Shown one piece after another: positions 29,203-38,908 of a stretch of 64,000 bases of DNA (positions are counted from its first letter, which is position 1; the number at the start of each line of letters is the position of its first letter). The notes under the pieces were generated by a model. That model searched no databases and was not told the DNA's origin. It saw nothing but the letters and a program-made list of their open reading frames with translations. The DNA is taken from NCBI GenBank assembly GCA_009691445.1, contig SICL01000001.1:129738-193737 (forward strand). Direction: 5' to 3'. Source of the DNA: Candidatus Taenariivivens baikalensis (GTDB lineage: Bacteria; Omnitrophota; Omnitrophia; Omnitrophales; Aquincolibacteriaceae). The position numbers and the translations under genes are program-made.

Positions 29203-30477
29203 TTATTTCTTATCCGTCTTCTGAAGAGCGTCTTTAAGCTTGTCCAGGTCAAGACCGCTTTCCCGCAAGAATTGCTGGAGATTAGCTCCCCCGCCGGCGT
29301 CGAGCTTGAGACCAAAAAAGTCCTTCGCGTTTTCACCGCTGATAATCCACTTAATATCGGCTTCTTTTGCGATACTTGCCAGGGCCCGGAACTTCTCGAT
29401 CAGAATTTCTTTTTGGACATCAATCAGCTTCACGTTAAGAGCGACGTCATTGAATTGCTTAAGGGCCTCAGCCAATTTCAAGGTTCCCGCAGCGTCCGCC
29501 TCTTTTTTAATCCGGACCACGTCGGCTTCGGCCTGTCCCACAGAAATGATCTGCTTTGCCTGACCTTCGGCCTCGACGGTATATTTGATCTTCTGAGCTT
29601 CCGACTGCTGCTCAATTTTCTGCTTCTCAATCTCCGCCTTACCTACCTCAAGCTTTCGAAGCGCTTCCACTTCCTGGTAATTCGCTTCCGCCCTCCGGGT
29701 CTGGATCTCTAGATTTTTTTGCTGTTCGGCAATGCCAATGGTCTGCTCTTTCTCAATCTGTCGTTTGCGGGAGACTTCTTCATTCTGTGCTTTGGCAATT
29801 TCAGTCTCTTTGGTGGTTTCGGAAATGCGAATCTCCGCATCTCTTTTAATTTCAGCGGCAACTTTTCTTTCAATGTCCTGAATAATCGTGCTGTTTTCAT
29901 AATCCTTAATGTGCTTCAGCTCCAGATTCACAAGCTCAATACCCCATTTGGGAAAAACGCTTTCTACTTCGTGGGTAATGGCTGTGCTGAGGGCCTGACG
30001 GTTCATATAAATATCCAGAATGGACTGCTTGGTCACCACGGTTCTCCCGATACTTTCCATGATCGAACGAAAATCCTCGGAGAGTTTCACAAAATCAAAT
30101 CCCATTTCTCTTTCCACGTGGCTAAGCAAAAGACGCTCAGAGGCAAGCTCCAGGTCCTTGATGTTAACGAAGCAGACAATATCGCAGACAAACTTGGCCA
30201 TATTTTTATCATTCAATTTTATATTATCTACGGGAATGGTCAGGTTCGAGAGCGGGAGCCGGTTGAGGCGGGTGATAAACGGAATATACCAATAAGCGGA
30301 TCTTCCGCCGCGATGCGAAAAAATATCTTTTTTATTTCGAAGAATTCTTATATGGGCTTCGTTGGGCGGAATAACTCGATAAAGCCCCAGCATTCCCCCA
30401 AGAATATGGCGTAAGAAAAAAAGCAGCAAACCCACCGCGGCAAAAAAAGCTACAATCACCATAAGCGGAAAACTCAT
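29203..30477 (-). CDS. SPFH/band-7 (flotillin-like) membrane scaffold protein
   Basis: N-terminal TM helix, an SPFH domain and a long E/K/Q-rich coiled-coil. Start set at the ATG at 30477 (MSFPLMVIVAFF). Confidence 0.75.
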   Translation of the reverse strand: MSFPLMVIVAFFAAVGLLLFFLRHILGGMLGLYRVIPPNEAHIRILRNKKDIFSHRGGRSAYWYIPFITRLNRLPLSNLTIPVDNIKLNDKNMAKFVCDIVCFVNIKDLELASERLLLSHVEREMGFDFVKLSEDFRSIMESIGRTVVTKQSILDIYMNRQALSTAITHEVESVFPKWGIELVNLELKHIKDYENSTIIQDIERKVAAEIKRDAEIRISETTKETEIAKAQNEEVSRKRQIEKEQTIGIAEQQKNLEIQTRRAEANYQEVEALRKLEVGKAEIEKQKIEQQSEAQKIKYTVEAEGQAKQIISVGQAEADVVRIKKEADAAGTLKLAEALKQFNDVALNVKLIDVQKEILIEKFRALASIAKEADIKWIISGENAKDFFGLKLDAGGGANLQQFLRESGLDLDKLKDALQKTDKK

Positions 30478-30580
30478 CGTATACTCCTCGTTGGAAGCGC
30501 AAGAGACTAGTTGATGTGCGGAGTATAGCAAAGCCCGCATTCCTTTTCAATGAAGACACTTCTGCGGAGAGAAGCAATGG

Positions 30581-30937
30581 CTACAATTTTTTAGGAAAAA
30601 GAGATTCGAAGGCAGGGTCGCCGAAGTGCTCCTCAAGGTCCTTGTCTTTGCGCATATGCTTAAAGTCGTGGTAGCCGAGCTGGACTGCTTTTTTCAGGGT
30701 CTTTAAGGATTCTTTCTTTTTCCCCACCAGAGCATAACTGCAGCCCAGATTGTAGAAAACAACCGGGTCTTTCTTGCAAAGCGAGGCGAGCCGTTTATCA
30801 ATCTCGAGACCTTTCTCAAAAAGACCTTTGCGAGTATACGCCTCAGCCAGGGGCATCAAGACTTCGATATAAGCCGGCCGCTCGCGAAGAACATTTTCAT
30901 AAAATTTGATTTCAAAATCTAAATGATTTTTATCCAT
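30581..30937 (-). CDS. TPR-repeat protein
   Basis: 118 aa with tetratricopeptide-like repeats (AEAYTRKGLFEKGLEI...YNLGCSYALVGKKKESLKTLKKAVQLG). Confidence 0.6.
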   Translation of the reverse strand: MDKNHLDFEIKFYENVLRERPAYIEVLMPLAEAYTRKGLFEKGLEIDKRLASLCKKDPVVFYNLGCSYALVGKKKESLKTLKKAVQLGYHDFKHMRKDKDLEEHFGDPAFESLFPKKL

Positions 30938-32657
30938 GTTTTTGCTTTTTCTCCGTTATGCGAATGATAAGGCCCTGGATCAAATTCGAATCAAGATTTC
31001 TAGTGTTTCGGACAATTCCGCCCAATTCTTCATTCATTTCTTCGAAGGCAAGCGACCAAATCGGTGTTGAGAGCGCTCTTTCCTCGGGCGTAAACATTTC
31101 TGCCAAATACGCTTCCTTCATCTCGATATTTAGCAAATACTTGAGGCCCTGGACCCGCCACCCTTTTTCGAGAAATTCCATCACCTCGGTCATCGTGAGC
31201 GGTTTAAATTGAATTTTCTTTTTCAGAACATACCACGCAAAGGTTTGTGCGAGTAAAACAAACAGAGTGATTTTGCGCTCACTTTGTTCCTGAATGGACT
31301 TGGAAATCATGATCATCGCCCCGGGAAGTTTCTTTTGGATGACGTCATGAATCAGGAAAAGCTGGTCGAGACCGCGTTTGGCCCGAGCCAAGTCTTCCCG
31401 AGAGACGAAATCCCGGCAGAGAAATTCCTGCTTCGGGTCGGGTTCATAAAATTCAGGGATGGCTTTCAAAAGCCCGCGAAGCATAAGATCGTAAGGGGGA
31501 TCCAAAAAGCCGAGACATTCTTCCTTGGTTCCGCCCCAGTACGTGCGAACTAACTGGAATGCCGAAGTTCTCAAATGATGGAGTTCACCGGACGCAAGCC
31601 GGAAAATCGTTTCAAGCCAATGTTCTTTTAGAATTTTCGCTGCGGCCAAAATATCTTTATCGCACAAGATCTCCAGACCAAGATTCACAAAACGCCTGGC
31701 TCGTTCAATGCCCTGCTTGACCCGCTCCTCGGACGAGAAATCAATTCCATCGCAGGCAATCACCTTGTTCGCCAGCCAAGCAAGTTCTTCCCGGACTTCG
31801 TTAAAAGCGTATTCGTTGTCTTTGGCCAGCAAGACCAGCACCTCATCCAAAAATAATCGGTCTTTACTCCAGAGAGCAATATAATTGGGGGCATGCCGAT
31901 TGGTTTCTTCTTCGGTAAAAGCCGAGGCGGAGTCCTGCGCTTTGAATTTCTTGGGATACTGATGAAATTCTTCGCGAGTCATGGGACTATAAATCATCCG
32001 AGCAGACTCCGGAGAAGGAAATCCTCGTTCGGAAAGCCGGCGGTCACGGCTGGCATAAGCTTCTTCTTCCAGCTGATCGTCGACTTCGGCCAGGATTCCT
32101 TCGAGGATTCCGATATAACGGCCCCGGTGATTTTCAAAAAGGATCTCAAAAGCCCGGCGAACGGATTCCAGATTTTCTTCCCGTACGGCAATAAAATAGT
32201 TGTCATCTAACGTGAAGTAAGGAATGTCTCCCAAAATTTCATCCGTAGCGTACTCACGTTCCGCCTTGATGACTTGAAGGATCATCTTGAATCCCGCGAC
32301 CACCAGCTCATAATCACCAAAGACCAGCCACTGAAGAAGCTTCATATCATCGGCCAAGGTCAGGATTTCAAGCCAGCTCATAAAGCCCTTGATATTAAGG
32401 CGGTCCTTGGACCAGCATTCGATGTCAGAATAAAAACAGAGCTGGGGAAGATCAGCGAAACGAATAATTTCGCTTCGCTCCTCGCTATCCATTTCTTTGG
32501 CAATCAGGAAAAATTCTTCCTGGGAAAGTCCACGCACGAGCCCCAACGGTTCATGAGCCCGAATAAGCAGCTCTGCCTTTTCTTTAATCGGGCTTTGGCG
32601 GAACACTTCTGCCTGCTTTTCCGGGTCTAACGATTCAAATTGTTCAAAATTAATCAT
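30930..32657 (-). CDS. Conserved hypothetical protein (575 aa, soluble)
   Basis: Long ORF with good coding character and no recognised motif. Confidence 0.4.
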   Translation of the reverse strand: MINFEQFESLDPEKQAEVFRQSPIKEKAELLIRAHEPLGLVRGLSQEEFFLIAKEMDSEERSEIIRFADLPQLCFYSDIECWSKDRLNIKGFMSWLEILTLADDMKLLQWLVFGDYELVVAGFKMILQVIKAEREYATDEILGDIPYFTLDDNYFIAVREENLESVRRAFEILFENHRGRYIGILEGILAEVDDQLEEEAYASRDRRLSERGFPSPESARMIYSPMTREEFHQYPKKFKAQDSASAFTEEETNRHAPNYIALWSKDRLFLDEVLVLLAKDNEYAFNEVREELAWLANKVIACDGIDFSSEERVKQGIERARRFVNLGLEILCDKDILAAAKILKEHWLETIFRLASGELHHLRTSAFQLVRTYWGGTKEECLGFLDPPYDLMLRGLLKAIPEFYEPDPKQEFLCRDFVSREDLARAKRGLDQLFLIHDVIQKKLPGAMIMISKSIQEQSERKITLFVLLAQTFAWYVLKKKIQFKPLTMTEVMEFLEKGWRVQGLKYLLNIEMKEAYLAEMFTPEERALSTPIWSLAFEEMNEELGGIVRNTRNLDSNLIQGLIIRITEKKQKHG

Positions 32658-32674
32658 GGTTTCACAGGGCTATA

Positions 32675-33169
32675 CTATTTTTCAATCGTAATCTTGCGTT
32701 CGGTGTCCCGCAGGATTTCAAGATGGACTCTGTAAGTGCTCTTGGGAAAATAACGGATTCCCTTTTCCGCCCACTCCACGCAGCAAATCGCTTTGGGATC
32801 ACTGACAAAATCTTCAAACCCAATCGCTTCAAGCTCTTTATCCTCTTCAAGACGGTAAAGATCAAAATGATACAAAGGAATACGGGTCGGGTAAACATGC
32901 ATCAACACAAAGGTCGGGCTTTTCACCTCATCCGCGTGAGCAAGTCCAAGACCTAGAGCGAGCCCCTTTACAAAAACCGTTTTCCCGCTTCCCAGAGTTC
33001 CCTGAAGCGCCACTGCGTCCCCGCCCTTCAGAATTTGGCTAAAGGACTGCGCAAGTCCCAGAGTTTCATCCACATCGCCGCAAACCATAATCAGTTTGGA
33101 CTTAGCTCCTGAGCGCGCCCATGCCTGCAGTTCCTGCACTTGGAGATTCGCTTCAAAATCAGAGTTCAT
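32675..33169 (-). CDS. tsaE: tRNA threonylcarbamoyladenosine biosynthesis ATPase TsaE
   Basis: GTLGSGKTVFVKG (P-loop) and SPTFVLMHVY...HFDLYRL. Confidence 0.8.
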   Translation of the reverse strand: MNSDFEANLQVQELQAWARSGAKSKLIMVCGDVDETLGLAQSFSQILKGGDAVALQGTLGSGKTVFVKGLALGLGLAHADEVKSPTFVLMHVYPTRIPLYHFDLYRLEEDKELEAIGFEDFVSDPKAICCVEWAEKGIRYFPKSTYRVHLEILRDTERKITIEK

Positions 33170-34047
33170 GAAAAATGCGTATACCCTTTTTGGGAAAGAC
33201 GAAGGTTAAGGATTTTTGGAGTACCTTTTTTAATTTCTCCCACCCAGGAAAGCCGGACCTTTGGAAAGCGTTTTTTCCATAACCGGTCGAGCTTTTCCTT
33301 TTCGCGGCGCGGAAGCGTAAAAAGAAGCTCGAAATCTTCTCCGTCGCTTAAAGCGCGTTGCAAAGACCTCGAGGCATCACGGGAAACAGGGATTTTCTCC
33401 AGATTAATTTCACAGGAAACGCTTGAGGCTTTGAGGATATGTTCCAGGTCCTGTGTAAACCCGTCTGAAATATCAATCATCGCGGTCAGATGAAAGTTAC
33501 GGACCAAAAATTCGCTTTCCTTCAGCCTAGGGCTAAACTCAAGATGATGACGTAAAATCGATCCTCCCAAAGATCCTGTCACCGCAATCAAATCTCCGGG
33601 TCTTGCTCCTGCACGTGTGATCACTTTCTTTGCGTACGGAATTCCAAGCGCTGTGATGGATACAAAAACCTGGTCAGCCTTGGAGAGATCTCCTCCGAGG
33701 CACTTAATTCCATATTCGTTTGATAGCCGGAGCAGACCTTGATACATTTTCGCAACCCACTTCGAATCCACTTTCGGCGAAAGTCCAAGTGACACGAGAT
33801 ACCCCAACGGTTTCGCTCCCATGGCCGCGAGGTCGCTCAGATTAACTGCCAGGGCTTTGTGTCCGATTTGCTGAGGCTTGGCCTGAGATAAACGAAAATC
33901 CACATCCTCAACAATGACATCCGTGGTGCAGACCAGCGAAGAAGATGGAAGTTTCAAAACATCCGCGTCATCTCCGATCCCCAGCTCGCCCTGAAGCTTT
34001 CTCGGGATTTGACGTTTGAAGTTTCGAATAAGATCCCATTCATTCAT
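33166..34047 (-). CDS. thiL: Thiamine-monophosphate kinase
   Basis: AIR-synthase-related fold: GDDADVL...TDVIVEDVDF...ALAVNLSDLAAMGAKP. Start at the ATG at 34047 (MNEWDL). Confidence 0.8.
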   Translation of the reverse strand: MNEWDLIRNFKRQIPRKLQGELGIGDDADVLKLPSSSLVCTTDVIVEDVDFRLSQAKPQQIGHKALAVNLSDLAAMGAKPLGYLVSLGLSPKVDSKWVAKMYQGLLRLSNEYGIKCLGGDLSKADQVFVSITALGIPYAKKVITRAGARPGDLIAVTGSLGGSILRHHLEFSPRLKESEFLVRNFHLTAMIDISDGFTQDLEHILKASSVSCEINLEKIPVSRDASRSLQRALSDGEDFELLFTLPRREKEKLDRLWKKRFPKVRLSWVGEIKKGTPKILNLRLSQKGYTHFS

Positions 34048-34048
34048 T

Positions 34049-35134
34049 TCAGGATCCTCCGTGCGGAGCAAGGATCACTTGTTTGAGGAGAAAAAAGTAA
34101 CTGATAAAAATGGCGTTGTGAGTAATGTGAAGGACCATAGGCGCGACAAGCGACTGGCGAAGCTCATAAAGATAAGTCAGCACAAGACCCAGCACAAAAA
34201 TCGGCCAAAACGCAAACAGGCTTCCGTGAATCGCAGCAAAAATCGAAGCGGTTACAACCATGCCAATCGATTTTCCAAAGCAATGCTTAAACACGGGATA
34301 ACAAAATCCTCGAAAAAAAATCTCTTCCAGCATCGGCGCTAATACCACGGCAATCAATAGCGTGTAGATAAGAAACTGCCTGGACCCTGTTTCATCCAAG
34401 AACATATAGACCAGCGGGTGCGGGTCTGGTTCACTGCCGAAGCTCTTCGAGACCAGGGAGACCAGCGTCAAGACCACGGCAAAAAGCGGAATAATGGCTA
34501 AGTATCCCATCCAACCGATTAGGACTTCCGAGAAAAAGCTTTTAGACGGGAGGCGGAATCCCAGACTTTGAAACGAACCTCCCTGCTTGCGGATAAAATG
34601 CATCATGAAGTAAACACAGAAGAGATTGGAAAGAATCGTATGCGTGAGGATCAAAAAATGATCCGAAAGACCGGGAAAAAGAAAACGTTTCGCGGCTCCG
34701 AGAATGATCGTCAGAACAAAGCTCGTGAGAAGAAACAAAAGAATGGCTTTAAACAGAATTCCCGGAATCCAGCGCATGGAATCCGCCTGCGGTTCCACTT
34801 TGATCTTTTCCCGAAGCTCCGGTTTAAAAAGGTAACGGTATTGAATCCAGACTCCCAAGACCAGTCCCGCAAAAATGAAGGAAGAACCTGCTTGCAGGGA
34901 GAAAGCCATCTTAGGATTTTCCCTCAAAAATTTCTGGAGAGATTTCGGATCTTTTACCTTTTGCTCAAAACTGTCCTCGGCCTGTTCAAAACGTTTGAGC
35001 GATGCCTTGTCTTCTCGGTCATCTTTCTGATTGTGAGACATCCAGGCCACGTAGGAATATATCCCGAGCACAAGGACAAAAAGAATCGAATAGAATTTTT
35101 CCCGGCGGATGAGATCCAAAAGAGGTTTTAACAT
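34049..35134 (-). CDS. CPBP-family intramembrane metalloprotease (CAAX protease-like)
   Basis: Motifs EEIFFRG, FAAIHG and HITHN in a multi-TM protein. Start at the ATG at 35134. Confidence 0.7.
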   Translation of the reverse strand: MLKPLLDLIRREKFYSILFVLVLGIYSYVAWMSHNQKDDREDKASLKRFEQAEDSFEQKVKDPKSLQKFLRENPKMAFSLQAGSSFIFAGLVLGVWIQYRYLFKPELREKIKVEPQADSMRWIPGILFKAILLFLLTSFVLTIILGAAKRFLFPGLSDHFLILTHTILSNLFCVYFMMHFIRKQGGSFQSLGFRLPSKSFFSEVLIGWMGYLAIIPLFAVVLTLVSLVSKSFGSEPDPHPLVYMFLDETGSRQFLIYTLLIAVVLAPMLEEIFFRGFCYPVFKHCFGKSIGMVVTASIFAAIHGSLFAFWPIFVLGLVLTYLYELRQSLVAPMVLHITHNAIFISYFFLLKQVILAPHGGS

Positions 35135-35901
35135 AAACCGAACAGACGGATCGCATTCCGTGTCGTCTGTTCGCAAAGCTCTTCAAGAGGAACCACGCGC
35201 GTCTTGGCGGCCATTTCAGCCGTGTGTACGAGATAAGAGGATTCATTGCGTTTGCCGCGAAACGATTCCGGAGGAAGAAAGGGCGCGTCGGTTTCCAAGA
35301 GAAGAGATTCTTTGGGGCAGGTGCGGCAGGCTTCGCGGAGCACGTCATTTTTCTTATACGTCAACGGCCCTGCAAAAGAAATATGAAATCCCAAATCCAG
35401 AAAGCGGAACATGGTTTCCTTGTCCGATGAAAAGCAGTGCATAACTCCCTGAAAAGCGCCCTGGCGAAAGTGTTTAAGGACCTCCGCCATTTTTGCGTAG
35501 GCGTCGCGGCAATGAATCACGAGCGGCTTTCCTGTGTCCACGTGCATCTGGAGAAAGCGCTCAAAGATTTTAATCTGTATGTCTTCGGGGGAAAGGTTGC
35601 GGAAGAAATCGAGTCCTACTTCTCCAATCGCTACCATTCTCTTTTCATCGATAAGCTTGCGAATCGCCTTAAGTTCATCTTCAGACGCGTCTTTGGCATC
35701 GTGTGGATGAACTCCCGCGGTCGCGAAAAATTCAGGACGGCGTTTGGCCAATTCCAGGGATTTTTCGGAAGTCTCCAGATTGGTTCCCACATTCACAAAA
35801 TAACGCACCCCCGCTTCCTGAGCATGGTGAATCACCTCGTCTCGGTCCGAATCATAATCCGGAAAATGAAAATGCACGTGCGTATCAACCAGTTCAATCA
35901 T
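35128..35901 (-). CDS. tatD: TatD-family metal-dependent hydrolase
   Basis: MIELVDTHVHFHF start and TatD family pattern; 257 aa. Confidence 0.85.
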   Translation of the reverse strand: MIELVDTHVHFHFPDYDSDRDEVIHHAQEAGVRYFVNVGTNLETSEKSLELAKRRPEFFATAGVHPHDAKDASEDELKAIRKLIDEKRMVAIGEVGLDFFRNLSPEDIQIKIFERFLQMHVDTGKPLVIHCRDAYAKMAEVLKHFRQGAFQGVMHCFSSDKETMFRFLDLGFHISFAGPLTYKKNDVLREACRTCPKESLLLETDAPFLPPESFRGKRNESSYLVHTAEMAAKTRVVPLEELCEQTTRNAIRLFGLC

Positions 35902-35913
35902 AGTCTAGGATCC

Positions 35914-37470
35914 TTAGGCCGGCGAACTTTGAGGTTTTTCTTCTTCGAGCTTTGGAAAAAGAATTTCTCCGCGGGTCAATTTGATTCCGGTTTGCAGAAA
36001 CGGCTTGGTAAAGGAAGCTTTGTCAAACGAGGCGCCCGCGTCCTGCCTTCCTAGACGTTCGGAAATTTTTCCAGCCGTGTCCGGTAAAAAGGGCAGAAGA
36101 ACCACGGCGACGTGAGCGACGGCTTCGGCCAAAACTGCAAGAACCTGTGCTAATTCATCGCGGCTGGCAGGACTCTTGGCAAGCACCCAGGGTTTGTTTT
36201 CTTCAACAAATTGATTCGCCTGTTTGACCACCGCAAAAATTGCCGAAAGCGCCTGACGGGGATCCCATTGTTTCATGGCTTCACAAACCAAATCCCAAAG
36301 CCCGAGTGAATTCTGGTAGAGCGGATGAAGAACCGACGCCGATGCCAGAGCGGGCATCTCTCCTTGAAAGTATTTATCCATCATCGATGCCATACGAAAC
36401 CACAAATTTCCAAGGTCATTGGCAAGGTCGGTCGTATAACGCTCTCGGAAAAGAATCTCCGAAAAAGCTCCGTCATAACCCAGCGTTACTTCCTTTAAAA
36501 GGAAGTAACGGAAGGCATCCACACCATATTTTTGAACCAGCTCAGTCGGTTCGACAATATTGCCCAGTGATTTGGAAACCTTGGCGCCCTGCATGGTCCA
36601 CCAACCGTGAGCGACTACCGTTTTCGGCAATGGAAGATCCAAGGCTCGCAGCATGATCGGCCAATAAACCGTGTGCTGACGAAGAATATCCTTCCCCACA
36701 AAGTGAATATCTGCCGGCCAGAGACTTGTGAAATATTCCGGCTTCTCACCGTAACCAATGGCACTGATATAATTGATCAGGGCATCAAACCAGACATAGA
36801 CCACATGTTCATTAGAGGTCGGATAATCTATGCCCCACCCAAGTCGAGCTCGCGGACGGCTGATGCATAGATCCTCAAGCTGTTCCTTCAAAAATCCAAG
36901 GATCTCGTTGCGTCTGATTTCTGGACAAATAAACTCCGGGTGAGCGTGAATATAGGCAATCAGCCATTCTTGATATTTGGAAAGTCTGAAGAAATAATTA
37001 TCCTCACTTAAGCGTTGAACATCGCGGCTGCAATCCGGGCACTTCCCTTCCTCAAGCTGTAACTCGGTCCAGAAGGATTCACACGGCGTACAGTACCATC
37101 CTTCATACGTAGCCTTGTAAATATCCCCTTTTGTTTCTAGATCGGTCAAGACCTTCGCCACAATTCGTTTGTGACGATCTTCGGTGGTGCGGATAAAATC
37201 ATCGTAGCAGATATCCAAAAGTTTCCAGAGGCTTTTGAAATGAGGCACCATTTGATCGACAAAATCTTTGGGATTTAAATTCTTCTCCCGCGCAATTTTT
37301 TCAATCTTCGTCCCGTGCTCATCGGTGCCGGTAAGAAGCAAGGCCTTTTCACCCGTGAACTTGTAAAAACGCGCGAACGTGTCCGCGATCACATTCGTGT
37401 ACGCATGTCCTATATGCGGTTTGGCATTGACATAATAAAGCGGGGTCGTGAGATATTTTGTTTTTGTCAT
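35914..37470 (-). CDS. metG: Methionine--tRNA ligase
   Basis: HIGH motif (PHIGHAYT), KMSKS (KVSKSLGN) and a zinc knuckle CPDC. Confidence 0.92.
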   Translation of the reverse strand: MTKTKYLTTPLYYVNAKPHIGHAYTNVIADTFARFYKFTGEKALLLTGTDEHGTKIEKIAREKNLNPKDFVDQMVPHFKSLWKLLDICYDDFIRTTEDRHKRIVAKVLTDLETKGDIYKATYEGWYCTPCESFWTELQLEEGKCPDCSRDVQRLSEDNYFFRLSKYQEWLIAYIHAHPEFICPEIRRNEILGFLKEQLEDLCISRPRARLGWGIDYPTSNEHVVYVWFDALINYISAIGYGEKPEYFTSLWPADIHFVGKDILRQHTVYWPIMLRALDLPLPKTVVAHGWWTMQGAKVSKSLGNIVEPTELVQKYGVDAFRYFLLKEVTLGYDGAFSEILFRERYTTDLANDLGNLWFRMASMMDKYFQGEMPALASASVLHPLYQNSLGLWDLVCEAMKQWDPRQALSAIFAVVKQANQFVEENKPWVLAKSPASRDELAQVLAVLAEAVAHVAVVLLPFLPDTAGKISERLGRQDAGASFDKASFTKPFLQTGIKLTRGEILFPKLEEEKPQSSPA

Positions 37471-37503
37471 ATCATCCTAAATTTTATCATTGCGAATGTG
37501 TCG

Positions 37504-38295
37504 TTAATTCCCTAACGGGGCGAAGCGTTCAAGCAATGTTCCAAGCCTCGTCAGGGCAAGTTTCTGATTCACGTTCTGATCCAAAGCGTCCTTAGTTTCA
37601 AAAACTTTGTCCACAGCCCGAAGAAGAGATACCGAAGAATCCTCCTCAAGCTGAAGCCTCAAAGTATAAGCTAATTCATCCAGATGAGACAAAATCTCCT
37701 GGCGCGTCTTATCCTGAAGTGCGTCCAGCAGATTGACCCAGGAACGAGATTTTTTTAAATCCCATGGCTGCATGTCAGCCGCTTCCCGTCCGCTGGGACG
37801 GAACCGCAGCTCAAAACAGCGCGACTGAATCGTTTCAATCATATTGGAACGGTTCTCGGTCATCAAAATAAAAATGGAGTGCGCTGGCGGCTCTTCCAGA
37901 GTTTTCAGAAACGCATTGGACGCGTCCATCGTCAGTCGGTCAGCAGCCGGAACAAGAAACACTTTCCACTTTGCCTCAAAAGGTTTTAAGGATGCGAGGT
38001 GGATTTGATTCCGCACTTCTTCAATTTTTATGGACTTAGCCTTGAGGTCTGCGCCCACAATGTGAAGATCTGGGTGAGAATCCTCTTTAGCCTTCAGGCA
38101 GCTTGAGCATTCACAATGCTCAAAACCATTTCCGGACGGACATAAAAGAGCACTTGCAAAGGACCGGGCTACCTCTTCCTTGGCACTGCCTTTGTCTCCG
38201 GTAAAAAGATAGGCGTGGGAAAGGCGGTCCTGTTTGAGATGCGCGGTCAAAATGCGAAGCACAAATTCCTGTTTATTTTTCCAATTTAAAGACAC
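37504..38295 (-). CDS. holB: DNA polymerase III delta' subunit
   Basis: HAYLFTGDKGSAK, a zinc module CECSSC, and a SRC box (IQSRC). Confidence 0.8.
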   Translation of the reverse strand: MSLNWKNKQEFVLRILTAHLKQDRLSHAYLFTGDKGSAKEEVARSFASALLCPSGNGFEHCECSSCLKAKEDSHPDLHIVGADLKAKSIKIEEVRNQIHLASLKPFEAKWKVFLVPAADRLTMDASNAFLKTLEEPPAHSIFILMTENRSNMIETIQSRCFELRFRPSGREAADMQPWDLKKSRSWVNLLDALQDKTRQEILSHLDELAYTLRLQLEEDSSVSLLRAVDKVFETKDALDQNVNQKLALTRLGTLLERFAPLGN

Positions 38296-38908
38296 GGTCT
38301 AATCCTTTTCTTAGATTTGCGGCAACTTCTTCCCGCGACTTGCTTGAATCCAGAACCATAAACCGTTTTGGATTCTGTTTAGCCAGCTTCAAGAATCCCT
38401 TTTGAACCCGGCGGTGAAAGATCAGAGACTCACGTTCCATACGGTCGTGACGGCCCCCGCGTTTCATGCCAAGTCCTGGATCAATATTAAGAAGCACGGT
38501 CAAATTCGGAATCAGTTTACCTCGAACAATCATGGCGCTGACATTTTTAATTGTTGCCTGATTAAAGCCTCGGCCGAATCCTTGGTATGCCAGCGTTGAA
38601 TCTTCGTATCGGTCGCAGATCACGACCATTCCCTTTTTTATAGCTGGGAGAATCTGCTCGCGGACAATCTGGGCTCGCGCCGCTAAATAAAGCAGGAGCT
38701 CGGTCTCCTGGGTCATCTCCGTGAAATCCTTATTGAGAATGACTTCGCGAATAGCTTCTCCAATACGCGTTCCTCCCGGTTCCCGAAGCACCTGGACTTT
38801 ATAACCTTTAGCCGTGAGATAATCCGCCGCAACCTTAATCTGCGTCGACTTCCCGCTTCCTTCCGTCCCTTCAAACGTCATAAAAAATGATTTTTTCATA
38901 TTTTTCAA
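38273..38908 (-). CDS. tmk: Thymidylate kinase
   Basis: FEGTEGSGKSTQ P-loop and REPGGT; overlaps holB by 23 nt. Confidence 0.88.
   Translation of the reverse strand: MKNMKKSFFMTFEGTEGSGKSTQIKVAADYLTAKGYKVQVLREPGGTRIGEAIREVILNKDFTEMTQETELLLYLAARAQIVREQILPAIKKGMVVICDRYEDSTLAYQGFGRGFNQATIKNVSAMIVRGKLIPNLTVLLNIDPGLGMKRGGRHDRMERESLIFHRRVQKGFLKLAKQNPKRFMVLDSSKSREEVAANLRKGLDRVFKLEK

Noticed and set aside
35437-36054. Long plus-strand ORFs from the six-frame track (35437-36054, 39742-40215, 41388-42116, 29719-30414, 50287-50880, 56971-57513, 4379-4951, 13674-14216)
   Set aside because: All lie antisense within confidently identified minus-strand genes (metG, cysS, gltX, flotillin, clpC, lysS, asnB, the SGNH-like gene). 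They have low-complexity, Arg/Ser/Lys-rich translations typical of antisense frames.
37484-37537. A possible fifth copy of the CATTGCGAG repeat (TCATTGCGAATG…GGCGAAGCG…GCAATG) at the holB 3' end
   Set aside because: Most of the match lies inside the holB coding sequence (C-terminus …LERFAPLGN). Similarity is patchy, so it is not reported as a feature; it is mentioned only as a low-confidence possibility.
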